Of a stretch of 64,000 nucleotides of DNA, positions 30,404-39,649 are shown in pieces. This DNA is from Candidatus Deferrimicrobiaceae bacterium (GTDB lineage Bacteria > Desulfobacterota > Deferrimicrobia > Deferrimicrobiales > Deferrimicrobiaceae): NCBI GenBank assembly GCA_963792415.1, contig CAWBVY010000007.1:96001-160000 (forward strand), read 5' to 3'. Numbering within the stretch: position 1 is the first letter of the stretch; each line of letters starts with the position of its first letter. The notes beneath the pieces are model-generated. The model ran no database searches and was not told where the DNA came from. It was given only the letters and a program-made list of their open reading frames with translations. The position numbers were made by a program, and so were the translations under genes.

Positions 30404-33118
30404 ATGGAGTACGACGTTCTCGTCGTCGGCGGCGGCATCGCCGGGATGGAATCCGGCCTGACCCTGGGCGACATGGGGTACAAGGTTCTTCTCGTGGAGA
30501 AGGAGGTCTCCATCGGGGGGAAGATGATCCTGCTCAGCAAGGTCTTCCCGACCCTGGACTGCTCCAGCTGCATCTCCACCCCGAAGATGGCCGCCACCGC
30601 GCATCACCCCAACCTGACCGTCCTGACCTACAGCGAGGTGGAGGGGATCGTCGGGAAGGAAGACGGCACGTTCGCCGTCCGGCTCCTCAAAAAGCCGACC
30701 TTCGTGGATCCCTCGGCCTGCACCGGCTGCGGGGATTGCGAGCTGGCGTGCACGGTGGCGATCCCCGACAAGTTCAACGCCGGCCTGGTGGCGACGCGGG
30801 CCGCCCACATCGCGTTCCCCCAGGCGGTCCCGAAGAAGGCGGTCATCGAGCGGGCCGGCTCCTCCCCCTGCAACGCCACGTGCCCGGCGGGCGTGAAGGC
30901 GCACGGGTACGTGTCCCTCGTCCGCAGCGGCAAGTACGAGGAGGCGTTCCGACTGCACATGGAGGACGCCCCCCTTCCCGGGGCCTTGAGCCGCGCGTGC
31001 TACGCACCGTGCGAGGGGCAGTGCACCCGGGACGAGGTCGAGGGGAAGGTGCCCATCCGCGGGATCAAGCGGTTCATGGTCGATACCTACTATGAGCGGC
31101 ACCCGGAGCCCGAGTACGGGCCGCCGGAAGCCCGGAACGGGAAAACGGTCGCCGTCGTCGGATCCGGGCCGGCGGGGCTGTCCGCCGCGTATTTCCTCGC
31201 GCGTAGGGGGTACGGCGTCACGGTGTTCGAGGGCGGGCCCGAGGCCGGCGGGATGCTGCGCCACGGCATCCCCCCGTTCCGGCTCCCCAAGGAGCTTGTG
31301 GACCGGGACATCCGGAACGTCACCGCCCTGGGAGTGGAGATCCGGACCGGCACACCCGTCGGGTCCATCGCCTCGCTGAAGAGCCAGGGGTTCGACGCGT
31401 CGTTCCTCGCCCTGGGCACGATGGAAGGGCAGGGGACGGACGTGCCGGGGCGCGAGCTCCCGGGCGTCCTGGAGTCGATGGAGCTGCTGGCGACCGGAAA
31501 CGCCGGCGGGAAGCTGGAATTTTCCGGGAAGCGGGTCGCCGTCATCGGCGGCGGGAACGTGGCGATCGACTCGGCCCGGATGGCTCTGCGGATGGGCGCC
31601 GCGACGGTCGCCATCTACTATCGCAGGAGCCGCGCGGAGATGCCGGCCCACGACTTCGAGGTCCGGTCCGCCCTCGACGAGGGGGTCGAACTCCACGAAC
31701 TCCGGGCCCCGAGCCGGTTCCTCGGGGAGAACGGGAAGCTCGTCGCGGTGGAGTGGCTTTCCATGAAGCTGGGAGAACCCGACGCCAGCGGCCGGCGGCG
31801 ACCGGTCCCCGTCAAGGGGTCCGGCGCCACACGCCCCGCGGACATCGCGGTGCTGGCCGTCGGGCTGAGACCGAGCACCCGCCCGTTCGCGAGCGAACTC
31901 GGATTGAACCGGGACGGGACGATCCAGGCGGATCCCGAGACGCTCGCGACCTCCCTTCCGGACGTCTTCGCCGGCGGGGACGACGTGACCGGCCCCTCCA
32001 TGATCATCGAGGCGATCGCCCAGGGAAAGCGCGCCGCCTTTTATATCGACCGGTACCTGCAGGGGCTTCCCTTGTCCGGGATCCCCTTCGACGCCCGCCT
32101 CACATCGGTGGACGGCAAAGACGTACTCGACCGGGCGGACGTCCCTCCTTCTTCCCGGGCGCCTGCCGTGCCCCGGGAGCTTCCGGCCGCCGGCCGTTCC
32201 CGGTCGATGGAAGAAGTGGAAAAGACGATGACCGAGGAGGAGGCCCGATACAGCGCCGGCCGCTGCCTGGACTGCGGGGTCTGCTCGGAGTGCCACCAGT
32301 GCGTGGCGGCCTGCCCCGCCGGCGCCATCCGCTTCGACATGCGCGAGGAAAGGAAAACGCTCGAGGTCGGCTCCATCCTTGTCGCCACGGGCTTCCAGCT
32401 CTTCGACCCGAAGAGGAAGCCCGAGTACGGTTTCGGGGAGTACCCGAACGTGATCACGGCGATGCAGATGGACCGGATCCTGTCCCCCACCCGGCCGTAC
32501 AACGCCGTCGTGCGCCCCTCCGACGGGATGGCACCGTCGAACATCGCCTTCGTCCTGTGCACCGGCTCCCGCGACTGCACCGTCGACAACCGGCTCTGCT
32601 CCCGGGTCTGCTGCATGTACTCGATCAAGCAGGCCCAGCTCCTCATGGGGGCGTTGCCGCTTGCCGACGTCACCATCTATTACATCGACATCCGGGCCTT
32701 CGGGAAAGGGTACGAGGAGTTCTACGAACAGGCGAAGGGGATGGGGGTGCGCTTCGTGAAGGGGAAGGTGGCGAAGATCGACGAGACCGGGGAGGGGAAC
32801 CTTGTAATGCGGTACGAGGACATCGAAGGCGACGGAGGGATGCAAACGGCGCAGCACGACCTCGTCGTCCTGTCGGTGGGCCTCTCCGCCAACCCCGAGG
32901 CGTTCGGGCTGTTCCCCCCGGGTCTGCTTTCGGCGGACCCGTTCCGGTACGTCCGCGAGGTCGACGAGGACCTCGAGCCGGGGAAGACCAGCATCGACGG
33001 GGTGTTTGTCGCGGGGACGGCCTCCGCGATCCGCGACATCCCCGACACGATTCTTCACTCCGGTGCGGCGGCCACCCAGGTCGCGTCCTTCCTCCAGAGA
33101 AAGCGGGCGGCGCCATGA
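30404..33118 (+). CDS. HdrA-like flavoprotein with an inserted GltD-type NAD(P)H oxidoreductase module (HdrL-like)
   Basis: GGGIAG, KVFPTLDC, ferredoxin CTGCGDCELAC; GltD insert (CPAG...SRACYAPCEGQC, GSGPAG, GGGNVAID, YRRS); CLDCGVCSECHQC; CTGSRD...CSRVCC. Confidence 0.85.
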   Translation: MEYDVLVVGGGIAGMESGLTLGDMGYKVLLVEKEVSIGGKMILLSKVFPTLDCSSCISTPKMAATAHHPNLTVLTYSEVEGIVGKEDGTFAVRLLKKPTFVDPSACTGCGDCELACTVAIPDKFNAGLVATRAAHIAFPQAVPKKAVIERAGSSPCNATCPAGVKAHGYVSLVRSGKYEEAFRLHMEDAPLPGALSRACYAPCEGQCTRDEVEGKVPIRGIKRFMVDTYYERHPEPEYGPPEARNGKTVAVVGSGPAGLSAAYFLARRGYGVTVFEGGPEAGGMLRHGIPPFRLPKELVDRDIRNVTALGVEIRTGTPVGSIASLKSQGFDASFLALGTMEGQGTDVPGRELPGVLESMELLATGNAGGKLEFSGKRVAVIGGGNVAIDSARMALRMGAATVAIYYRRSRAEMPAHDFEVRSALDEGVELHELRAPSRFLGENGKLVAVEWLSMKLGEPDASGRRRPVPVKGSGATRPADIAVLAVGLRPSTRPFASELGLNRDGTIQADPETLATSLPDVFAGGDDVTGPSMIIEAIAQGKRAAFYIDRYLQGLPLSGIPFDARLTSVDGKDVLDRADVPPSSRAPAVPRELPAAGRSRSMEEVEKTMTEEEARYSAGRCLDCGVCSECHQCVAACPAGAIRFDMREERKTLEVGSILVATGFQLFDPKRKPEYGFGEYPNVITAMQMDRILSPTRPYNAVVRPSDGMAPSNIAFVLCTGSRDCTVDNRLCSRVCCMYSIKQAQLLMGALPLADVTIYYIDIRAFGKGYEEFYEQAKGMGVRFVKGKVAKIDETGEGNLVMRYEDIEGDGGMQTAQHDLVVLSVGLSANPEAFGLFPPGLLSADPFRYVREVDEDLEPGKTSIDGVFVAGTASAIRDIPDTILHSGAAATQVASFLQRKRAAP

Positions 33119-34848
33119 GCGGAAAACGGATCGGGGCGTTCATCTGCCACTGCGGCGGGAACATCTCCGACTACGTCGACGAGGAGAAGATCCGCGCCGC
33201 GGCGGAGAAGGAGTCCGGGGTCGCCGTGGCCAGGACGTTCCTCTTCTCCTGCTCGGAAGCTTCCCAGCAGGAGATGGTCCGGATCCTCCAGGAGGAGAAG
33301 CTCGACGGCATCGTGATCGCATCCTGCTCCCCCAAACTGCATCTCACCACCTTCCGCGCCATGGCGCAGCGGGCCGGGCTGAACCCGTACATGTACACCC
33401 AGGTCAACGTCCGGGAGCAATGTTCCTGGGCGCACCGGCACGAGCGGGAAGAGGCCACCGGGAAGGCGATCCACCTCGTGCGGGCCGGGATCGCGCGGAC
33501 CCGGCTCGGCGTGCCGCTGACCGATCTCCGGATCGAGACGACCCCCGCGGCGCTGGTCGTGGGGGCCGGCGTCGCGGGAATGCGCGCGGCCCTGGCGCTC
33601 TCCGACGTCGGCATGGCCGTGTACCTGGTGGAACGGGCCGCGGAGGTCGGTGGGCGGGTTCCTGCGTGGGGACGGATGTTTCCCAACGACCGGGAAGGGG
33701 CGGAGATGATCGGGACCCTGCTCGAGGCGATCCGCAGCCGGGCGGGGATCACTCTCTTCACGGACGCCGAGGTGGTCGGGAAAAGCGGGAGCGTGGGGGA
33801 CTTCTCGGTCACCGTCCGGGTCCGGGGCGTGGAGGAGATCCCGTTGCACGTAGGGGCCATCGTCGTTGCGACGGGGTTCGACCCGTACGCCCCGAAGGAG
33901 GGGGAGTTCGGTTACGGCCTTCCGGGCGTCGTCACGCTGCCGGAGTTCCGCGAGCTTCTTGCCGGCGCGAAAGGGAAGCTCCGGTACGGGGACCGGGAAG
34001 TAAAAACCGTCGTCTACGTCTACTGCGTCGGCAGCCGCCAGGCGGTCACGGAGGGGACCCCCCACCCGAACCTCTACTGTTCGCGGTATTGCTGTACGGC
34101 GGCGGTCCACACCGCCCTCCTGGCCAACGCGGCCGACGGCGGCGTCAACCAGTACCACCTGTATCGCGACATGCGGACCTACGGGAAAAGCGAGATCCTC
34201 TTCGAGGAGGCGGGCAGCAAGGGGTCGGTGTTCGTCCGGTTCCCCGAGGACGCTCCCCCCGTCGTCGAGCGGCAGGACGGCGAGCTGCTCGTCCGGGTCC
34301 GGGACGGCCTTCTCGGCGGCGAGGAGATCGGGATCCCGGCGGACCTCGTGGTCCTGGTCACGGGGATGGTGCCCCGGGAGAACGCGACTCTCGCGAACGT
34401 GCTGAAGCTCCCGGTGGACGCCGGCGGTTTCTACAACGAAATCCACCCGAAACTGCGCCCCGTGGAAACGCTGATCGACGGCGTCTTCATTTCGGGGACG
34501 GCCCAGGGGCCCAAGACGCTCGCGGAGAGCGTGGCCTCGTCCCTGGCGGCGGTCTCCAAGGGGGCGGCGCTCCTCCTCAAAGGGTACGTCGATCTTCCCC
34601 CCCTCGTCGCGAAGGTCGACACGGAACGGTGCACCTGGTGCGGGGAGTGCGAAAATACGTGCCCCTACGACGGGGCGGTCGGGAAGGTGCGGCTGGGAGA
34701 GAAGGAGGTCGCCTACGTCCACCCCGCGCTTTGCAAGGGGTGCGGCGGGTGCGTCCCCGTGTGCCCCGTGGAGGCGATCGACCTGGAGGGGTGCACCAAC
34801 GCCCAGGTGAAGGCGATGATCGACGCGCTGGTCCGGGAGGCGGGGTGA
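33115..34848 (+). CDS. Second HdrA/QmoB-like flavoprotein
   Basis: CHCGGNI...ASCSP...REQCSW N-terminal cluster, GAGVAG, CVGSR...CSRYCC, HPKLRPVET, C-terminal 2x[4Fe-4S]. Confidence 0.85.
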   Translation: MSGKRIGAFICHCGGNISDYVDEEKIRAAAEKESGVAVARTFLFSCSEASQQEMVRILQEEKLDGIVIASCSPKLHLTTFRAMAQRAGLNPYMYTQVNVREQCSWAHRHEREEATGKAIHLVRAGIARTRLGVPLTDLRIETTPAALVVGAGVAGMRAALALSDVGMAVYLVERAAEVGGRVPAWGRMFPNDREGAEMIGTLLEAIRSRAGITLFTDAEVVGKSGSVGDFSVTVRVRGVEEIPLHVGAIVVATGFDPYAPKEGEFGYGLPGVVTLPEFRELLAGAKGKLRYGDREVKTVVYVYCVGSRQAVTEGTPHPNLYCSRYCCTAAVHTALLANAADGGVNQYHLYRDMRTYGKSEILFEEAGSKGSVFVRFPEDAPPVVERQDGELLVRVRDGLLGGEEIGIPADLVVLVTGMVPRENATLANVLKLPVDAGGFYNEIHPKLRPVETLIDGVFISGTAQGPKTLAESVASSLAAVSKGAALLLKGYVDLPPLVAKVDTERCTWCGECENTCPYDGAVGKVRLGEKEVAYVHPALCKGCGGCVPVCPVEAIDLEGCTNAQVKAMIDALVREAG

Positions 34849-35090
34849 TGGCGGGCGAACCGAGACGGGATCCTTCCGAGGTGATGCGGGACGAGATGCT
34901 CGTGAGGGGGAAGATCGCGTCTCTCCTCCGCGAGGGTCCCAGGACCATCCCGGAGATCGCGGACGCCCTGCGTTGCCCGGCCCGGGAGGTGACGCTCTGG
35001 GTGATGGCCCTTCGGCGATACGGCGCCCTCGAGGAGATCCCGAAGCCGAAGGCGGACGATTACTACCGGTACAGGCTGGCGAAGGAGTAG
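34848..35090 (+). CDS. Small winged-helix-like protein in the Hdr operon
   Basis: TGATG coupling to upstream gene; LREGPRTIPEIADAL...VTLWVMALRRYG...YRY HTH-like pattern. Confidence 0.6.
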   Translation: MAGEPRRDPSEVMRDEMLVRGKIASLLREGPRTIPEIADALRCPAREVTLWVMALRRYGALEEIPKPKADDYYRYRLAKE

Positions 35091-35100
35091 AGGGGGCGAG

Positions 35101-36234
35101 ATGGGCGTTCGGGTAACACCGGGGTTGTACAGGGAAGTCGCGAAGTTCGGCGGCGGAGACGTCACGGCGTGCATGAACTGCGGCAGCTGCACGGCCGTCT
35201 GTTCCCAGGTCCAGGAGGCGGGGGGGTTCCCCCGCCGGATCATCCATCTCCTGCAGGTCGGGCACAGGGGGAAGCTCGCCGGATCGCTCGAACCGTGGCT
35301 CTGCTACTATTGCGGGGAATGCTCCGACACCTGCCCCCGGGGTGCGAACCCCGCCGAGACCATGATGGCCGCCCGTCGGTACCTCACGGGGATGTACGAC
35401 TGGACGGGGCTGGGGAGGAAGTTCTACACCTCCCCGGCGTGGGAGATCGGGGCGGTCGCCCTGGTCGGCCTCTTCGTCGTCGCCCTCTTCGCCCTCTTCC
35501 ACGGTCCCGTGGTAACGGACCACGTGGCGCTCAACACCTTCGCTCCCGTGGAATGGATCGAGATCGGCGACTGGATCCTGGGCGGCATCCTGGTCACCCT
35601 CCTTCTCTCCAACGGGTGGCGGATGTCCCGCTGGGTGATGGGCGCGGGGAAGGGGGGCGACGTCCCCTTTTCGCTGTACCTGCGCAAGCTGCCCGCGTTT
35701 TTCGAGCACTTCGCGACGCAGAAGAAGTGGCGGGAGTGCGAAGGACCGAACACCCGGTGGCTCAAGCATTTCCTCCTGGTCACCGGGTACGTCACGATGA
35801 TGGTCCTCGTCATCGTCTTTCTCCGGTGGTTCCAGACCGACGAGATCGTCCCCTTCTATCGCCCGACCCGCCTGCTGGGGTACTACGCCACCGCCGCCCT
35901 TCTGTACGTGACCGGGGACTTCCTCCTGGGGCGCCTGCGCAAACGGGACAACATCCATAAATTCTCCGAGCCCACCGACTGGGTGTTCCTGGTCCTGCTG
36001 TTCCTGGTGGCGCTCACCGGGATCCTGGTCCACGTGTTCCGTCTCTCGGGCCTTCCGCTCGCGACGTATTCCACGTACGTGGTGCACATGGCCATCGTGG
36101 TGCCGATGCTGGTCGTCGAGGTGCCCTTCGGCAAGTGGGGACACATGTTCTACCGGCCTTTCGCCGCTTACCTTGCCGCCGTAATGCAGGGGGCGGCGGA
36201 TGCCGCCGCAAGGGAAACGGAACGCGCCGCCTGA
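35101..36234 (+). CDS. QmoC-like membrane protein (2x[4Fe-4S] plus b-heme transmembrane domain)
   Basis: CMNCGSCTAVC, CYYCGECSDTCP; about six TM helices with His candidates (LKHF, LVHV, VHMA, KWGHMFYRP). Confidence 0.8.
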   Translation: MGVRVTPGLYREVAKFGGGDVTACMNCGSCTAVCSQVQEAGGFPRRIIHLLQVGHRGKLAGSLEPWLCYYCGECSDTCPRGANPAETMMAARRYLTGMYDWTGLGRKFYTSPAWEIGAVALVGLFVVALFALFHGPVVTDHVALNTFAPVEWIEIGDWILGGILVTLLLSNGWRMSRWVMGAGKGGDVPFSLYLRKLPAFFEHFATQKKWRECEGPNTRWLKHFLLVTGYVTMMVLVIVFLRWFQTDEIVPFYRPTRLLGYYATAALLYVTGDFLLGRLRKRDNIHKFSEPTDWVFLVLLFLVALTGILVHVFRLSGLPLATYSTYVVHMAIVVPMLVVEVPFGKWGHMFYRPFAAYLAAVMQGAADAAARETERAA

Positions 36235-36298
36235 GGCCGGCGCGCGTTCCGGGGGAATCGCATGCCGTCGTTCCACACATTCCACAAGGAGGGTTGAA

Positions 36299-36673
36299 AT
36301 GGCAGAGACAAAGGAAGAGAAGATCGTCGTCATCGGCACGCACGGCGGGGAGGATCCGGATCGGGCGACCTTGCCGTTCGTGGTCGCGAACGCCGCGCTG
36401 GCCATGGACGTCAAGACCACCGTCATCCTCCAGGGGAACGCGGTGACGCTGGCGGTGAAGGGGGCCGGCGAGAACGTCCAGGGGATCGGTTTCCCCCCCC
36501 TGAAGGAGCTGATCGCGAACTATTTCGCCCAGGGGGGGCAGATCCTCCTCTGCACGCCCTGCATCAAGGGGCGGAACATCGCCCCGGAGACGCTGGTCGC
36601 CAGCGCGTCCCTGATCGCCGCCGCCCGGGTCGTCCAGGAGTGCCTCGAGGCGAAGGCCGTCCTGAACTACTGA
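36299..36673 (+). CDS. DsrE/DsrF-family sulfur-relay protein
   Basis: THGGEDPDRATLPFVVANAALAM, LLCTPCIKGR. Confidence 0.82.
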   Translation: MAETKEEKIVVIGTHGGEDPDRATLPFVVANAALAMDVKTTVILQGNAVTLAVKGAGENVQGIGFPPLKELIANYFAQGGQILLCTPCIKGRNIAPETLVASASLIAAARVVQECLEAKAVLNY

Positions 36674-36728
36674 CGTCCCCCTGATGGGGTCCGTCCTGGT
36701 CTCACGGGAAAAGGGACGGAAAGCGGTG

Positions 36729-36770
36729 CGGTAACGGGGAGCTCCCTCTGCGGGCCGCTCCCCGTTACCG
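36729..36770 (+). terminator. Hairpin ending the Hdr/Qmo-like operon
   Basis: 14-bp stem CGGTAACGGGGAGC / GCTCCCCGTTACCG. Confidence 0.55.
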
Positions 36771-36861
36771 GGAAAGACGGCGTCCGGTCAGGTGCGGGTA
36801 CCCTTTTGCCCTTGCATTCATATATATTGATATAGGCAGGCAAGGAACGGGGAGGAAGGGA

Positions 36862-38112
36862 ATGCGCGCTGTTCTTCCAGCGGTATTGCGGGCAACCCTT
36901 CTCTCCTTCCTGCTTATTTCTTCGGTTGCGATCCTCTATGCGACGGTGATGAACGAGCGCACGGTGGAATCCCTCGCCGACCTGTCGCTGGAGAGCACCG
37001 CCCTCGCCCTGTCCACCGCGACGGAAAGCGCCCTGCGTGCCGACGGGGACGGGACAGACAGCGAGGTCCGGGGAATCCTCTCGGACCGGGTGGTGGCGTA
37101 CGCGCTGATCGCGGAGAGGGACGGGGTGATCCGGTTCCACACCAACCCCAGGATGGCGGGAACCCGATTGCCGGAGGCCCCCGGGGGATGGGTCAGCGCC
37201 GGCCAGCCTTCCGGCCGGAGAGTGGTCCTTGGGACCGGTTTGCCGGCGTACGAGTACGACTACATCCTCCACCCCCTCGACGGCGGCCCGGAACTGCTCC
37301 GGATCGTGCTCCACACGACGCCCGCGGACCGGATCCTCGCCGGCATGCGGAGGATGCGCTGGACGGTGGCGGCCGTGCTGCTCCTCCTCTGGGCGGTCGG
37401 CGTCGCCCTCGAGCGGATGGTGTCACGGCAGTTCCGCCTGCAAGCGGAGACCGAGCGGCGGGACACCCTCGCCCTGATCGGACAGATGACCGCGACCCTC
37501 GCGCATGAAATCCGCAACGCCCTCGGCAGCGTCAAGGGGTACACCCAATGGGTGAGCGAGAAGGTCGATCCCTCCGATCCGAGGAAGGCGGGGCTGGAAA
37601 GTGCGCTGCGGGCGGCGGGCCGGATCGAGTCCCTCGTCAACGAGCTCCTCCTGTTTTCGCGCCAGGAAACGTACGTGACTGCCCCCGTCCCCCTCCTCGA
37701 CATCGTCCGGGACACGGTGACCGCGGAGTCTGCAGGATGGGCCGGGAACGTGGAAATTTCCGCCGAGCCCGGGGCATGCGCGGTGGCCGACCCCGAAAAA
37801 CTGGGGAGGGTGCTGCGGAACGGGGTCCGGAACGCGATCGAGGCGATGGGGCCGGAAGGGACCTTGCGGGTGGAGGGCGTGATGGACGGCAGGTGGGCGG
37901 AAATCCGGGTGGTGGACTCCGGACCGGGCATTCCCGGAGAGGAACTTCCGAAGCTGTTCACGCCGTTCCACACGACGAAGGCGGACGGCACCGGGCTCGG
38001 GCTGGCCTACTCGAAGAAGGCGATCGAGGGGATGGGCGGTCGCATCGGGATCCGCAATCGGGCTGAGGGGAACGGAGCGGTCCTGTGGGTCCGTCTCCCC
38101 GGGAAGGGGTGA
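36862..38112 (+). CDS. Membrane sensor histidine kinase (ZraS/NtrB-like)
   Basis: Two TM helices around a periplasmic domain; H-box LAHEIRNAL, RNAIEA, DSGPGI, FTPFHTTK, GTGLGL. Confidence 0.9.
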   Translation: MRAVLPAVLRATLLSFLLISSVAILYATVMNERTVESLADLSLESTALALSTATESALRADGDGTDSEVRGILSDRVVAYALIAERDGVIRFHTNPRMAGTRLPEAPGGWVSAGQPSGRRVVLGTGLPAYEYDYILHPLDGGPELLRIVLHTTPADRILAGMRRMRWTVAAVLLLLWAVGVALERMVSRQFRLQAETERRDTLALIGQMTATLAHEIRNALGSVKGYTQWVSEKVDPSDPRKAGLESALRAAGRIESLVNELLLFSRQETYVTAPVPLLDIVRDTVTAESAGWAGNVEISAEPGACAVADPEKLGRVLRNGVRNAIEAMGPEGTLRVEGVMDGRWAEIRVVDSGPGIPGEELPKLFTPFHTTKADGTGLGLAYSKKAIEGMGGRIGIRNRAEGNGAVLWVRLPGKG

Positions 38113-38118
38113 CCGGAG

Positions 38119-39471
38119 ATGCCGAAGAGCATCCTGGTGGTGGACGACGACGAGATGATGCGTTCCTTCTTCGCCGCCGTCCTGAAGGAGGAGGGGTACA
38201 CGGTAGAGGAGGCGGGCCGCGCGAAGGAGGGGCTCCAGGCGTTGAACCGGTCGGATTTCGACCTCGTCCTCACCGATCTCCGCATGCCCGACCTCTCCGG
38301 ACTGGAGTTGATGCGGGAGGGGAGAAAGGTGCGGCCCGGGGCCCGCTGGGTCGTCGTCACCGCCTACGGCTCCATCGGGAACGCCGTTGAGGCGATGCGG
38401 GCGGGGGCGTCGGACTACCTCACGAAGCCCCTCCGGGACCCCGAGGAGCTTCGCCACGTGGTCCGGCGGGTCCTGCGCGAGGCCGAGGCGGAATCCCGGA
38501 TCTCCCTGCTCTCCGAGGAGCTCGGGAAACAGTTTCCCCCGTTGGACACGATCTTTCTCGGGGGAGCCATGGAGGAGGTGCACCGCCTCGTTCGCGAGGT
38601 GGCTCCGACGAACGCGACCGTCCTCGTTTCGGGACCGAGCGGGACCGGGAAGGAGCTGGTCGCCCGCGTGATCCACAACCTGAGTTCACGGAAGGAGAGG
38701 CCCTTCGTGCCGGTGCAGTGCGCCGCGCTCCCAGAGACGCTCCTGGAGAGCGAACTGTTCGGCCACGAGCGGGGGGCGTTCACCGGCGCGGTGGCGACCC
38801 GGAAGGGGCGGTTCGAGCTGGCCGACGGAGGGTCGATCTTCCTGGACGAGATCGGGGAGGTCTCCCCCGGCATCCAGGTGAAGCTTCTCCGGGTGCTGCA
38901 GGAGCGGTCGTTCGAGCGGGTAGGCGGGACGAAGACGATCCCGGTGGACGTTCGGGTCGTGGCGGCGACGAACCGGGATCTGAAGGAGGAAGTCGCGGCG
39001 GGCCGGTTCCGCGAGGACCTCTTCTACCGGCTGAACGTATTCCCGGTCGCGCTCCCTGATCTGGCCGCGCGGAAGGACGCCATCCTTCCGCTCGCGGAGC
39101 ATTTCGCGGCGAAGTTCGCCGCCGCATCCGGAAAGAAGGTCCCGGAGATCTCCGGCGCCGCGAAGGCCGCGCTTGCCGCATACCGGTGGCCGGGGAACAT
39201 CCGGGAATTGCAGAACGTGATCGAGCGCGCCGTGATCCTCGCCCGCGGGGAAATCGACGCCCCGCTCCTGAACCTCGAGGGCGTTGCGCTCCGGGAGGGC
39301 GATATCCAGGGAGGCGGCATCTCCCCCGGGGAGGGTGCGCTCCAGGCTTCCGAGCGGGAGACGATCCGGAAGGTCCTCGCGGAGGTCGGGGGGAACCGGA
39401 AACGGGCGGCGCAGGTGCTGGGAATCTCCCTGAGGACCTTGCAGTACCGGATCAAGGAGTACGATCTGTAA
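38119..39471 (+). CDS. sigma54-dependent response regulator (NtrC/ZraR family)
   Basis: Receiver domain (VVDDD, TDLRMP), [29 protein letters not shown], Fis-type HTH. Confidence 0.93.
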   Translation: MPKSILVVDDDEMMRSFFAAVLKEEGYTVEEAGRAKEGLQALNRSDFDLVLTDLRMPDLSGLELMREGRKVRPGARWVVVTAYGSIGNAVEAMRAGASDYLTKPLRDPEELRHVVRRVLREAEAESRISLLSEELGKQFPPLDTIFLGGAMEEVHRLVREVAPTNATVLVSGPSGTGKELVARVIHNLSSRKERPFVPVQCAALPETLLESELFGHERGAFTGAVATRKGRFELADGGSIFLDEIGEVSPGIQVKLLRVLQERSFERVGGTKTIPVDVRVVAATNRDLKEEVAAGRFREDLFYRLNVFPVALPDLAARKDAILPLAEHFAAKFAAASGKKVPEISGAAKAALAAYRWPGNIRELQNVIERAVILARGEIDAPLLNLEGVALREGDIQGGGISPGEGALQASERETIRKVLAEVGGNRKRAAQVLGISLRTLQYRIKEYDL

Positions 39472-39474
39472 TGG

Positions 39475-39510
39475 GTGCACGGCTTGCACGCCGCAGTGCA
39501 GATTTTGCGC
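39475..39510. promoter_or_regulatory. Tandem enhancer (UAS) palindromes for the sigma54 activator
   Basis: GTGCA-CGGCT-TGCAC (39475-39489) and GTGCA-GATTT-TGCGC (39496-39510), 21 bp apart. Confidence 0.6.
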
Positions 39511-39585
39511 TCCGGAAGGAGGTGCCGGGAGGGGCGCGATCCGGATTTCCCATTGAAATCGCGCCATCACGCCGGATCCCCGGGC

Positions 39586-39601
39586 CGGCACGCCCATTGC
39601 T
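39586..39601 (+). promoter_or_regulatory. sigma54 -24/-12 promoter
   Basis: CGGCACGCCCATTGCT; GG (39587) and GC (39599) 12 bp apart. Confidence 0.75.
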
Positions 39602-39649
39602 CTTACCTTCGTCGGGAGAGGAACCAACAACCTGAAGGAGGTAAGGGAG

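Noticed and set aside
29744-36426. Very long antisense ORFs (1104 aa, 1123 aa; also 14400-17510, 41771-44719 and similar)
   Set aside because: Shadow frames of real high-GC genes; no recognisable motifs and skewed composition.
38110-38121. Kinase TGA in frame with the response regulator ATG (possible Sec readthrough)
   Set aside because: Falls at a normal domain end, not a Cys-equivalent position; GGAG RBS precedes the ATG; no SECIS-like hairpin recognised.
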